A DNA stretch of 37,115 nucleotides. Origin: a virus. Lineage: Duplodnaviria; Caudoviricetes. Location of the stretch: the IMG/VR virus record IMGVR_UViG_3300037482_000110, positions 1 through 37,115 of that record. One strand, 5' to 3'. The position numbers and the translations under genes are program-made. A model generated the notes under the pieces. That model made no database searches. It saw only the letters and a program-made list of their open reading frames with translations, and was not told where the DNA came from. How positions within the stretch are numbered: position 1 is the stretch's first letter; each line of letters begins with the position of its first letter. This document shows positions 24,465-33,041 of the stretch, in pieces.

Positions 24465-25256
24465 ATGAAAACGCAAAGAAACTTTTTTAATCTTCATAAT
24501 CAATCACTACTAAAATGCGAAAGTACATTAACATTATTGGGCTTGCGATTCTTGTCATTCTTGCTACGCTTGCTCTTTCTTGTCAGGATGAAAGCCAGGT
24601 CATTGAGCCTAAAGTCTGTGATTCAGGATCTGGAACATGGCCTGACTGTAAACCTACTGGCCCCACTCAGCCAGATAATCCATGATAGGAGAAAATTAAT
24701 TGGGTTGGTGCTGTTGGCGGTGGGCATCGGCTCAGTCTTTGCCCACCAATTTCTTTTCGATATGTACGAGGAACCGCATGACGTTTGCCGGGTGCTGCAC
24801 TTCTCGGAATCACAATGCTACAGCCGGATAACCCGTGAGGGATGGTGCTACATGAGCTGGTTCTACTATTACGAAACGATCCGGTTTTGTGTCGCAGCGA
24901 TCTTCTTAACCCTGTCTGGATTTCTTTTCATGCCAAAAGGCAAGGGCGTGGCGATTATCATTTTCTCCGCATTACACGGGGCGGCATGGACCGGACTATT
25001 TCACTATACCCTCTTTGTTGAATCACATGAGACCTATCACATGCTCCCGCACTGGCACTTCATTGTGTTCGGGCTATCGTTAGGGATCGGGATAATTCTA
25101 AGTGCGGATTACTTTGCTTACTGGGAGCATCACAAGAAACGCGGCAACTGGCAGAAGTGGCCCGCTATCTTCCGATCAACTTACAGTCAGGAAGAAAAAA
25201 ATAAGCTGTTCGAAATGGCTGATAAGGAATACGAACAAGTTAACAGAATGATTTAA
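24465..25256 (+). CDS. Multi-pass membrane protein (start uncertain)
   Basis: Four or more hydrophobic helices, His/Cys/Trp-rich loops. Confidence 0.6.
   Translation: MKTQRNFFNLHNQSLLKCESTLTLLGLRFLSFLLRLLFLVRMKARSLSLKSVIQDLEHGLTVNLLAPLSQIIHDRRKLIGLVLLAVGIGSVFAHQFLFDMYEEPHDVCRVLHFSESQCYSRITREGWCYMSWFYYYETIRFCVAAIFLTLSGFLFMPKGKGVAIIIFSALHGAAWTGLFHYTLFVESHETYHMLPHWHFIVFGLSLGIGIILSADYFAYWEHHKKRGNWQKWPAIFRSTYSQEEKNKLFEMADKEYEQVNRMI
24515..24685 (+). CDS. Small lipoprotein nested out of frame in the membrane protein ORF (56 aa)
   Basis: MRKYINIIGLAILVILATLALSCQDESQVIEPKVCDSGSGTWPDCKPTGPTQPDNP; lipobox ALSC, acidic residues after Cys, A-rich leader. Confidence 0.6.
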   Translation: MRKYINIIGLAILVILATLALSCQDESQVIEPKVCDSGSGTWPDCKPTGPTQPDNP

Positions 25257-25278
25257 CAATACTAAACCACACTAACCA

Positions 25279-25761
25279 ATGAAAGTTATAAAAAAAGCAA
25301 AGATCATTAATGACAGTTACCTTGAAGTCGAGTATGAGGAAATAGGCTTTGAGAACGATCAGAAGTTTACGAATACATTGCGATTCACAGGCGGCCAGCG
25401 TGTTCACCCTGACCTAAAAACTGCATTCAGTTCTTTGATTCCGTACATGGTGGATTCGTGTGAGTTGATGGATTTTACAGACGCGCTCGTTGAAGTAAAT
25501 ATTATCCGTTATTCAGTGACGGGCTTTTCAATCGGCGGCAGCGACGAACACGAAGGCGCTACACTCATAGGTAGAAAGACGCTGCTATCTAAAAAGGTTC
25601 TCAATCTCTGTGCTCCCTTCACTAAGTACGATCCCGAAGTTTCTGATTACGAATATAGCTCAGAATTAAAAGCGGCGGTCGCGCTGGCTTCCGTCGAAGT
25701 GGCTGCTTATCTGGAGGGAAAGCATGAGCCGTCACAACAAACAAAACTTGAATTAGCCTAA
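25279..25761 (+). CDS. Conserved Bacteroidota phage hypothetical protein
   Basis: 'VHPDLK.AF..L..Y', 'VTGFSIGG.DE.EG.TL.G.K.L...VLNL.APF'. Confidence 0.65.
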   Translation: MKVIKKAKIINDSYLEVEYEEIGFENDQKFTNTLRFTGGQRVHPDLKTAFSSLIPYMVDSCELMDFTDALVEVNIIRYSVTGFSIGGSDEHEGATLIGRKTLLSKKVLNLCAPFTKYDPEVSDYEYSSELKAAVALASVEVAAYLEGKHEPSQQTKLELA

Positions 25762-25775
25762 ACCCCCTTATAGCA

Positions 25776-26009
25776 ATGGAAACCACCTATACAAAAGACG
25801 AAGTGATTCAAAAAGTAATCACCGAACTGCGCGCCACAAATAAAGCCTTGAAAATCGGCGGAGCCATGGGACTGACTGACATGGACTTTCAGTTTATCGG
25901 AGTAATATCCTGTGCGTTGAAACAGCCGGAACGCAAGCTGCCTGTTTTGAATGCTAAAGTAGGAAAGTCAATACCTAAGGAATTGCCAACATTTGAAAGG
26001 AGAACATGA
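25776..26009 (+). CDS. Hypothetical protein
   Basis: 77 aa ORF. Confidence 0.5.
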   Translation: METTYTKDEVIQKVITELRATNKALKIGGAMGLTDMDFQFIGVISCALKQPERKLPVLNAKVGKSIPKELPTFERRT

Positions 26010-26155
26010 AACAGTTTTTCTTACTACTGGCCGCTAACGCTATAGCCATCATACTTGCCTCACTGGCCTGTTATATGGTTTACACTGATAAGAAGGGTTA
26101 CGGATGGGTGATTTTCGCCGCGCTGATTTGCGCTGTCTATCCAAAAAAAATGTGA
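26006..26155 (+). CDS. Small two-helix membrane protein (49 aa)
   Basis: MKQFFLLLAANAIAIILASLACYMVYTDKKGYGWVIFAALICAVYPKKM. Confidence 0.55.
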   Translation: MKQFFLLLAANAIAIILASLACYMVYTDKKGYGWVIFAALICAVYPKKM

Positions 26156-26167
26156 ACAAAGAAGCTA

Positions 26168-26353
26168 ATGGAAAAAACTAAAAAGTTTATCGCTCAATTC
26201 ACTGACTCAGTACAATACACTCAGGATAGTTGGAAGTCGATCACCCCGAGCCTTGGAGTAACTGAACAAACGACAATCGGTGAAATACGGGAATGGATGA
26301 AGAAAAGGAGCGCCGAAATGGTCAGTGAGTTTAAAGTAATAATCCTTGACTAA
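26168..26353 (+). CDS. Hypothetical protein
   Basis: 61 aa ORF. Confidence 0.5.
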   Translation: MEKTKKFIAQFTDSVQYTQDSWKSITPSLGVTEQTTIGEIREWMKKRSAEMVSEFKVIILD

Positions 26354-26718
26354 TGGAAACAATCAAAGAGGCTTTGGATTACGCTAAGCAACGTATTGAT
26401 GAATTAAAGGCTGAAACCGCCGAACTGAAAAAGAACAACGAACTTCTAAAAGGATGGTTAGCCTCGGCTGAAGTTGAGAACGCCGAACTGAAAAAGGAGA
26501 ATGAGAATCTCGCGTACAAGTGTGACGTCCGACAAGGGCAGATTGATTCTCAGCAACTTTTCATCAAAGATCAACATACCGAGAACGCTAGACTAAGGGA
26601 GGCGTTGGAGACAATAGCCAGCCGTCGCATAGACACTTACGGGCAAAGGATTGCAAACGAGATGAAGGAAATAGCTGAAGCCGCCCTCTCCGAAAAGAAA
26701 GAGACTAAACCAAAATAA
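26353..26718 (+). CDS. Coiled-coil hypothetical protein
   Basis: Heptad repeats; 'ENARLREALE.IA'. Confidence 0.6.
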   Translation: METIKEALDYAKQRIDELKAETAELKKNNELLKGWLASAEVENAELKKENENLAYKCDVRQGQIDSQQLFIKDQHTENARLREALETIASRRIDTYGQRIANEMKEIAEAALSEKKETKPK

Positions 26719-26724
26719 CTACTT

Positions 26725-27477
26725 ATGGAAACGACTTTAACGAAATCCGGCAATCAAATCGCATTCACTGACGATCAGGTTGCGCTTATTAAAAAACAAA
26801 TCGCACCTAAAGCGACTAACGACGAACTGCAATTATTTCTGTATCAGGCAAAGCGTACCGGACTTGACCCGCTGACCCGGCAGATCTATTGCATACACCG
26901 TTTTGACAAACAATCGAACGGTCTAAAGATGGCGGTACAAACTTCCATTGACGGCTTCCGGGTGGTCGCGGAAAGATCAGGGGATTACGGCGGGCAGGAC
27001 GAACCCGATTTTGTAGAGAAGGACGGAAAGCTGATTGCCTGCAAAGTTCCTGTGTACAAGTTCCGGGGAGATATAAGATACCAGGCTTCTGTGGGTGTTG
27101 CGTATTGGGATGAATACGTGCCAGCGCCCGGGCAGGATCGTATGTGGAGAAAGATGCCTCATGTAATGCTATCGAAAGTTGCTGAAGCTGTGGCGCTGAG
27201 AAAGGCGTTCCCGCAGGATCTTTCAGGGCTATACACGAACGATGAAATGCAGCAGGCAGACAGTGTTCAGCAGCAGCCAGAAGATCCGCGCTCAGTAGAC
27301 GAATTGCACGTCGAGTACATGGAGTTGTTCAACGCCTACGTGTTGCGCTCAGGGGACGCTGAGGCCGGTCGGCCTTTCCATCCAGACAACTGGAAGAAAG
27401 AACGCACCCGAGCAAACTATCTGAAAGCGATTGACGCGATTAGTCAACGGTTAAAGGCGATCCCGACAGAGGCATGA
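26725..27477 (+). CDS. bet: Single-strand annealing recombinase, Bet/RecT family
   Basis: 'ELQLFLYQAKRTGLDPLTRQIY', 'SIDGFR.VA.RSG.Y.G', 'WRKMP..ML.KVAEA.ALRKAFP..LSGLYT.DEM'. Confidence 0.9.
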   Translation: METTLTKSGNQIAFTDDQVALIKKQIAPKATNDELQLFLYQAKRTGLDPLTRQIYCIHRFDKQSNGLKMAVQTSIDGFRVVAERSGDYGGQDEPDFVEKDGKLIACKVPVYKFRGDIRYQASVGVAYWDEYVPAPGQDRMWRKMPHVMLSKVAEAVALRKAFPQDLSGLYTNDEMQQADSVQQQPEDPRSVDELHVEYMELFNAYVLRSGDAEAGRPFHPDNWKKERTRANYLKAIDAISQRLKAIPTEA

Positions 27478-27776
27478 CCGACTTTTTAGATGAGCTGGCA
27501 AGCGATCAGCAATTCAATGAGAATGTGGACCAGGGGTTGCTGGCAAGGATTGAAACTCTTATCTGGTATTCCAGCATGAGTGACGCAGAAAAACACAGGG
27601 AAATGAAACGAATGCTGAGACTTGAATCGATAGAAGATGCCATGCGGATGGTGAAGTTCCTGGAAGATTTTCAGCCAGTGCCTCCACATGACAGGGCGGC
27701 GGTTACGCAATATGAAATAGTCAAGGCAACAAGGGAACGGGCGGATTACGATGACTTCAAAGAGAGGAAGAAATGA
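27474..27776 (+). CDS. Hypothetical protein
   Basis: 100 aa coupled ORF. Confidence 0.55.
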   Translation: MTDFLDELASDQQFNENVDQGLLARIETLIWYSSMSDAEKHREMKRMLRLESIEDAMRMVKFLEDFQPVPPHDRAAVTQYEIVKATRERADYDDFKERKK

Positions 27777-28141
27777 ACCCAACACTGAATCAGAAATTAA
27801 ACAGTATACGCGCACTGATTGATGCGGATGTTACCGGCGTAGATATTGATAGCCTGATTGAAAAAGGTAAAAGTCTGGCACAAATGATTGGGCTTTCATC
27901 TGAATGTAAAGCACAGGCCAGGAAAGAACTGGAAAAGAAACGCTTGGTATCCATCGCAGAAATACAGCATAAAGACTATTCACCATCAGTCATGTTGAAA
28001 GTTGTTGATGCTATGAGCGCCGACGAACTGGCCGCCTTTGAATATGCAGATAGATTGAACGCCGGCATTACGCATCAGTTGGATTACTACAGGACTGTAA
28101 TCAGCCTGCATAAAACAGAATTGGAAAACAGTTTAAAGTAA
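27773..28141 (+). CDS. Hypothetical helical protein
   Basis: 'ADRLNA..THQLD..RT.IS..K.E' pattern. Confidence 0.6.
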   Translation: MNPTLNQKLNSIRALIDADVTGVDIDSLIEKGKSLAQMIGLSSECKAQARKELEKKRLVSIAEIQHKDYSPSVMLKVVDAMSADELAAFEYADRLNAGITHQLDYYRTVISLHKTELENSLK

Positions 28142-28147
28142 AAGAAA

Positions 28148-28294
28148 ATGCAAGGATTAAATGAACCCGACCACCCGCGATTCACCCGCTTCTACTGGAA
28201 GTATGTACTGATATCAGTTATTATTTCACTGCTGATAGCGTACGGTGTATACTACGGGGCTGCTGCTATTGCTAATTTTATTTGTAAGCCATGA
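28148..28294 (+). CDS. Small membrane protein (48 aa)
   Basis: MQGLNEPDHPRFTRFYWKYVLISVIISLLIAYGVYYGAAAIANFICKP. Confidence 0.45.
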   Translation: MQGLNEPDHPRFTRFYWKYVLISVIISLLIAYGVYYGAAAIANFICKP

Positions 28295-28758
28295 AAAGAG
28301 AATTACGATTTAGAGGTTGGCACACTTCTGCAAACAAAATGTTTTCAGCTGAAGAAATGGCGAAGGATCAATTAACGCTACTCACTACTGGATCATTCAT
28401 CAATGTTAGCGGCGCTGATACAAGCCTGAGTGTTGTTTATGACCGTGAAAAGTTTATTCCCTTGCAATTTACCGGACTCCACGACCGCCACGGTAAAGAG
28501 ATTTACGAGGGGGATATCATCAGTGATCCTAACAATTTTGGATGTATAACAGGATGGGGAGGTGGTGAATGTGATGAATTTCCAGATAAAAAACTGATTG
28601 CGTGGGATGAGACGGACGCCAAATTCAAATTGGATTTTCTGAATGAAGCATACCGTGGTCGTGGAGTATCTGGATACTCTCTGTGTAAAGGCAACTGCAC
28701 AAGTCGCTTTGAAGTAATCGGGAATATTCACCAACACCCTGAACTACTAAAGTTATGA
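28291..28758 (+). CDS. YopX family protein
   Basis: 'RELRFRGW', 'QFTGLHDRHGKEIYEGDI', 'EVIGNIHQHPELL'. Confidence 0.88.
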   Translation: MKRELRFRGWHTSANKMFSAEEMAKDQLTLLTTGSFINVSGADTSLSVVYDREKFIPLQFTGLHDRHGKEIYEGDIISDPNNFGCITGWGGGECDEFPDKKLIAWDETDAKFKLDFLNEAYRGRGVSGYSLCKGNCTSRFEVIGNIHQHPELLKL

Positions 28759-28979
28759 AATGGATATCAGTTAAAGAAAGATTGCCGGAGAACCCGCAAA
28801 ACGTTTTGTGTTGGCTTGGCGATGTTGTCCTGATGGGCACTTACTACGCAGACATTATAAATACGAATGAACGTTGGGCATTCTTCTTTTCAGACAATGG
28901 CCGACAGCGTGATGATTACTGGCAATCATTATTAACGCATTGGATGCCCTTACCCGAACCTCCTAATGATAACCCATGA
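28755..28979 (+). CDS. DUF551 family protein
   Basis: 'MKWISVKERLP...THWMPLPEPP'. Confidence 0.85.
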   Translation: MKWISVKERLPENPQNVLCWLGDVVLMGTYYADIINTNERWAFFFSDNGRQRDDYWQSLLTHWMPLPEPPNDNP

Positions 28980-29131
28980 ACACTGAACCCACACCCCGCA
29001 CCGCCTTACGCTTCACCCGTGATGCTTTACTTGTGATAGGTATTTTTATATTGTCCTTACTGGCTATTGGATGGAGTGCGGCTAATGGGGAGAGGATTGA
29101 CATTTATTGTAAAAACGTTTTGAAGCCATGA
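28976..29131 (+). CDS. Small membrane protein (51 aa)
   Basis: MNTEPTPRTALRFTRDALLVIGIFILSLLAIGW...; coupled on both sides. Confidence 0.45.
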   Translation: MNTEPTPRTALRFTRDALLVIGIFILSLLAIGWSAANGERIDIYCKNVLKP

Positions 29132-29505
29132 AAGACATTAAAGATTATCTGCACTTGTATTTAGGGCAGCGTTGTTTAGTAACACTCGCAGACGACGACC
29201 CGGACGGTTACTACGATGTTATAGATGGCGGTACAATACAAGCATACATCGACGACTGTGAGCAGCGAAGTATCCAGCCCCTCCTTCGCCTATTGTCTGA
29301 TATGACGGAAGATGACGGCGGAAAGATATTTGGCAGCAAAACCAAATACCTGTTCTATAAAAAAGAACGTGATGCAAACCCGCACGATTTATACCTGTTC
29401 ACTCCTAAAGAGTTTGCCGCTCTCCTTAGAGAAGGGTATGACTTATTCAACCTTATCCCGGAAGGACTTGCCATTCATAAAATCAAAGAAACTGTAAAGC
29501 CATGA
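29128..29505 (+). CDS. Conserved phage hypothetical protein
   Basis: 'IKDYLHLYLG', 'PLLR.LSDMTE', 'DLF.LI..GLAI'. Confidence 0.65.
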   Translation: MKDIKDYLHLYLGQRCLVTLADDDPDGYYDVIDGGTIQAYIDDCEQRSIQPLLRLLSDMTEDDGGKIFGSKTKYLFYKKERDANPHDLYLFTPKEFAALLREGYDLFNLIPEGLAIHKIKETVKP

Positions 29506-29559
29506 AAGATATTAAACTCATAACCAAGTCGTCCCACAAGTTTAACAGAGTTTAAAGCA

Positions 29560-29805
29560 AACGGACGCAGGCACAAGGGACGCGCCTGCAACATTGAAAG
29601 TACCGGCTGGATAGACTTTAAATCTATCTGCCTGATTGAACACGAAAGTCCGCAGTACCTGTTAAGTCAGGCGTTGAGCGGGGACGTAATGCGGCGGGAT
29701 TATTCCCAAAGCAATTGGAAGCAATGTCAATCCGATGTGGAGCGGGCCATCGTAAAAATCAACCGAATGGGAGAATGCGGGCTGCCCTGAGTGCCCGCAC
29801 TTTTT
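29560..29805 (+). ncRNA. Candidate structured non-coding RNA
   Basis: No plus-strand gene over about 280 nt; several stems, a possible pseudoknot and a terminal terminator. Confidence 0.4.
29776..29805 (+). terminator. Rho-independent terminator
   Basis: TGCGGGC...GCCCGCA followed by CTTTTT. Confidence 0.6.
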
Positions 29806-29936
29806 ACACCTAACTGAAAATTCTAACCTGATTGCCTTATGCTTTCCCAAGTTGAATTTGCAAAAATATTAGCGGCTATATCAGGCGGAGTAATTAAAAA
29901 GACTACCGGAGTAATGTTTAAGAGGGAATTAAAGAA

Positions 29937-30173
29937 ATGAATTACAAGGGCCATCAGGTATTTCGTAATGAAAAAGGCTTCGATGTTATCGAGGAAGGGC
30001 CGGTAATTATTGAGGGTGTTGATCATTACGTTGTTAATGGGTTTGTTTCTTGTAATCCGTCATTAAATCACAAAGCATGGGGAGTTACTCCGATGCTCGG
30101 ACGCTGCCCAGAGTGTTACAAAGGACTGTATTTTAAACCGCAGCTTGAATTATTTGAAAATGAACGAAGATAA
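29937..30173 (+). CDS. Hypothetical protein
   Basis: 78 aa with CxxC. Confidence 0.5.
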   Translation: MNYKGHQVFRNEKGFDVIEEGPVIIEGVDHYVVNGFVSCNPSLNHKAWGVTPMLGRCPECYKGLYFKPQLELFENERR

Positions 30174-30182
30174 GAATTACAG

Positions 30183-30446
30183 ATGAAACGATTCCAAAAA
30201 GGACAACAAATCATTTGCATCCATCCCACAGGAATGTGGTTAGGTGTATTTCCTGGGCCTTTTAAAGATGAGATAGTAACCGTCTCTAAATATTCGTCAA
30301 TCCATCCTGGGTTCATTGAGTTGGTTGAGTATCCTTATTCTCACATTGGTAATAATCTTCCTGATTGTTACGCACAAGAGGCATGTGAGCCGCTTGCTGA
30401 TATAACAGAGTTAGTTGAATCACTTGAAGAAACTGTAGAGCAATGA
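30183..30446 (+). CDS. Hypothetical protein
   Basis: 87 aa ORF, 'F.KGQ.IICI' N-terminus. Confidence 0.55.
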   Translation: MKRFQKGQQIICIHPTGMWLGVFPGPFKDEIVTVSKYSSIHPGFIELVEYPYSHIGNNLPDCYAQEACEPLADITELVESLEETVEQ

Positions 30447-30606
30447 CAACCAACGGACACAAGCACAAAATATCCCATCCAGGCTACGGACAGAGTAAGG
30501 GATTCAATAGAAGTAATGACTTCGTGTTTTCAGATAATATTGATAAATGGATCGGATCAAAGAAAGTAAACGACAACAGGGTGGATAAAAGATTGAAAAG
30601 GAATAA

Positions 30607-31641
30607 ATGAACCGGATTATAAACAGTGATTGCTTAGAGGGATTAAAGGAATTACCGGACGCGCTGGTGGATTGCTGCGTTACCTCTCCGCCTTATTTCG
30701 GGTTGAGGGATTACGGACATGAAGGGCAAATCGGAATGGAAGGAACGCCGGAAGCATTCGTAGATAAGATGGTTGAAGTATTCCGGGAGGTTAAAAGGGT
30801 ATTGAAACCGGAAGGTACCCTATGGGTCAATCTTGGAGATAGTTACAATGGGTCAGGGAAAGGCGGGAACCCCACGCCTGGCAAGCAGGACACAAACAGA
30901 GGAACGGTCGGGGTTAAAGGCTGTCGGAAAGGTTACGATTCATTCAAACCAAAGGACCTTATCGGTATTCCTTGGATGGTAGCCTTTGCGCTTCGTGCTG
31001 ATGGATGGTATCTCCGACAGGATATTATATGGGCTAAGAAAAACTGCCTGCCGGAAAGTGTTACAGACCGCTGTACAAAAAGCCATGAATATATTTTCAT
31101 GCTTAGTAAATCCCCACGATACTTTTACGACCAGGACGCAATCAAAGAGCCTGCAATTTACGATGTAGACGGAACAGGAACGCGAGCTCGGAAAGCGCGG
31201 CAGAAAGACGACGCTAAAAGCCTGCCTACTGCCGAACGTGCTGGTATACGTCAATTCAAGGATGCCGCAAAGATGAACGGCAAACATCAGGATAAACAAC
31301 GCGGGCATTCCCGTAGGCATAACGGATTTAATGACCGGTGGGATAATATGACCCATGAAGAACAATGTACTGGAATGCGAAACAAGCGGGATGTATGGAC
31401 AATTTCCCCTGCGCAATACCCGGAAGCGCACTTCGCCACATTCCCCGAAGAAATCCCTGCTATCTGCATAAAAGCCGGATGCCCTATTGATGGGCTTGTC
31501 CTTGATCCATTCATGGGCGCTGGTACTACAGCATTAGTCGCTCGTAAACTAATGAGAAACTTTATAGGGTTTGAACTAAACCCGAAATATATCAAAATAG
31601 CGGAAAACCGATTGTTAACCGAGTTGGGAATGTTTAAATGA
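30607..31641 (+). CDS. Orphan DNA methyltransferase, N4/N6 beta class (SPPY suggests N4-cytosine)
   Basis: Motif IV 'VTSPPY' before motif I 'VLDPFMGAGTT'; 'HFATFPEE'. Confidence 0.92.
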   Translation: MNRIINSDCLEGLKELPDALVDCCVTSPPYFGLRDYGHEGQIGMEGTPEAFVDKMVEVFREVKRVLKPEGTLWVNLGDSYNGSGKGGNPTPGKQDTNRGTVGVKGCRKGYDSFKPKDLIGIPWMVAFALRADGWYLRQDIIWAKKNCLPESVTDRCTKSHEYIFMLSKSPRYFYDQDAIKEPAIYDVDGTGTRARKARQKDDAKSLPTAERAGIRQFKDAAKMNGKHQDKQRGHSRRHNGFNDRWDNMTHEEQCTGMRNKRDVWTISPAQYPEAHFATFPEEIPAICIKAGCPIDGLVLDPFMGAGTTALVARKLMRNFIGFELNPKYIKIAENRLLTELGMFK

Positions 31642-31811
31642 CACACCATGCAAAAATCATCGACAAACAATAAGCGTCATCCATATCTAAGAGGCCATTC
31701 CTTCTGGAGTGAAAACGCTTTCTGGAGAAATGACAGGTACTCCGATAAACAGCAGTACAGGTTTGAAGTTTGGCTGGATGAGATGAGGGTGAAGGAGAAA
31801 CAGGTAAACTT

Positions 31812-32006
31812 ATGACGGAAGTTGAATTACGTCAGCGTTTCGGCACTGTGGTTAATGCCCCTTATCAGCCTTTTGATATTGATGCAATAGAAGATTCTTT
31901 GCGAGGGGTCAAGAAGGAAATAGAAGAGGAGTCGTATGCGGAAAGACGAAAGCAGTTACGGAAGGTCCGGAATGATTTACAGATTTTATTGAAACACTTT
32001 TTATGA
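31812..32006 (+). CDS. Hypothetical protein
   Basis: 64 aa coupled ORF. Confidence 0.45.
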   Translation: MTEVELRQRFGTVVNAPYQPFDIDAIEDSLRGVKKEIEEESYAERRKQLRKVRNDLQILLKHFL

Positions 32007-32323
32007 ATGAAGACAAGGAACAATTCACGGTAGATAATCCAAGGCGACTATCATCATGGGAACGAATCGCTAAAAAACAGATTCTAAGGTGGCTTAATGA
32101 CGACGAGTTTTCATCCAGAATCACACGTGAGACTCTTAAAAATGACGAACACCCGCCAGGACCATTCACAAAGTTTCTTTATTGGTTTGCGTGTTCGTGT
32201 CAGGCTGGATGGGGTGTGATGGTTGATTTTAATGAATACCGACAAAGAGTCTACCTGACAGACAAGTATTATAAATGGATGCATAAACTAAGGGATGAAT
32301 TATTAGAGGTAACGAATGGCTAA
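32003..32323 (+). CDS. Hypothetical protein
   Basis: 106 aa coupled ORF. Confidence 0.5.
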   Translation: MNEDKEQFTVDNPRRLSSWERIAKKQILRWLNDDEFSSRITRETLKNDEHPPGPFTKFLYWFACSCQAGWGVMVDFNEYRQRVYLTDKYYKWMHKLRDELLEVTNG

Positions 32324-33041
32324 AGAGCAGAAAGTATACATGCCGTTAATGATCGGTGACTGGTTAAAAGGGACTAGGGGTATGAAGGCCGAGATCCGGG
32401 GCGTTTATATCAACCTTCTTTTATTCCAATGGGATAATGGATTCATCCCTTCCGACATGGAAGAGCTCTGTTTAATAGACCCGGAATTACCTAAAGTTTG
32501 GGATAAGCTAAAAGTAAAATTTATTGAGATCGAACCCGGTAAACTTCAGAATAAAAAAAATGAAGAAGTCCGGGACTTTTGGAAAAAACAGAGGAAAAAC
32601 GGTGAATTAGGCGGTAGACCTAAAAAAGAGAAACCCAAACAAAACCCAACCAATAACCCAAAACAAAACCCAAGTGATAACCATCATAATGATATTGATA
32701 ATGATATTGATTTGCCTTTAAATAAAAAGGAGTCGGATTCAAAAAATGTTCCACGTGCCACATTTTCCAAGCTGGAATTATTCAACGAATTATTTTCCGA
32801 TGAACTATACCTCGAAAGTTTGAACAGACTTCATCCTAACAAAGATTTACCGCGAGCTTTCGAAGAGATGTACGTGCATCATTCAAACGCCCCAAATCCA
32901 CCGGTTGAGCTTGGGGAATGGAAACAGAAATTAAATACATGGTTAATTAATACAAAAAATGGAACCAGTAAAAAATCAGACGCAATCAACAGCCGTCGAG
33001 CGGCTTTCGCAGCAAAGCACGGTACAAGCTCTAGCGGTTAA
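32316..33041 (+). CDS. Replication initiator, DUF1376/YdaU-like
   Basis: 'YMPLMIGDWL..T..M..E.RG.YI.LL..QW..G.IP.D', 'NG..GGRP' and low-complexity linker containing iterons. Confidence 0.8.
   Translation: MAKEQKVYMPLMIGDWLKGTRGMKAEIRGVYINLLLFQWDNGFIPSDMEELCLIDPELPKVWDKLKVKFIEIEPGKLQNKKNEEVRDFWKKQRKNGELGGRPKKEKPKQNPTNNPKQNPSDNHHNDIDNDIDLPLNKKESDSKNVPRATFSKLELFNELFSDELYLESLNRLHPNKDLPRAFEEMYVHHSNAPNPPVELGEWKQKLNTWLINTKNGTSKKSDAINSRRAAFAAKHGTSSSG
32631..32711 (+). repeat. Probable replication origin: AACCCAA iterons plus AT-rich tandem repeat
   Basis: AACCCAA at 32632, 32643, 32655, 32667; ATAATGATATTG x2 from 32686. Confidence 0.65.

Noticed and set aside
29632-29655. Hammerhead ribozyme core (CTGATTGA...GAAA) or RNase P-like GAAAGTCC
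   Set aside because: Extra base in the CUGAnGA box, no room for stem II, and other conserved elements are missing
29585-29670. Ochre suppressor tRNA (anticodon TTA)
   Set aside because: No D arm, T arm or acceptor stem can be formed, and TAA is used as a normal stop throughout
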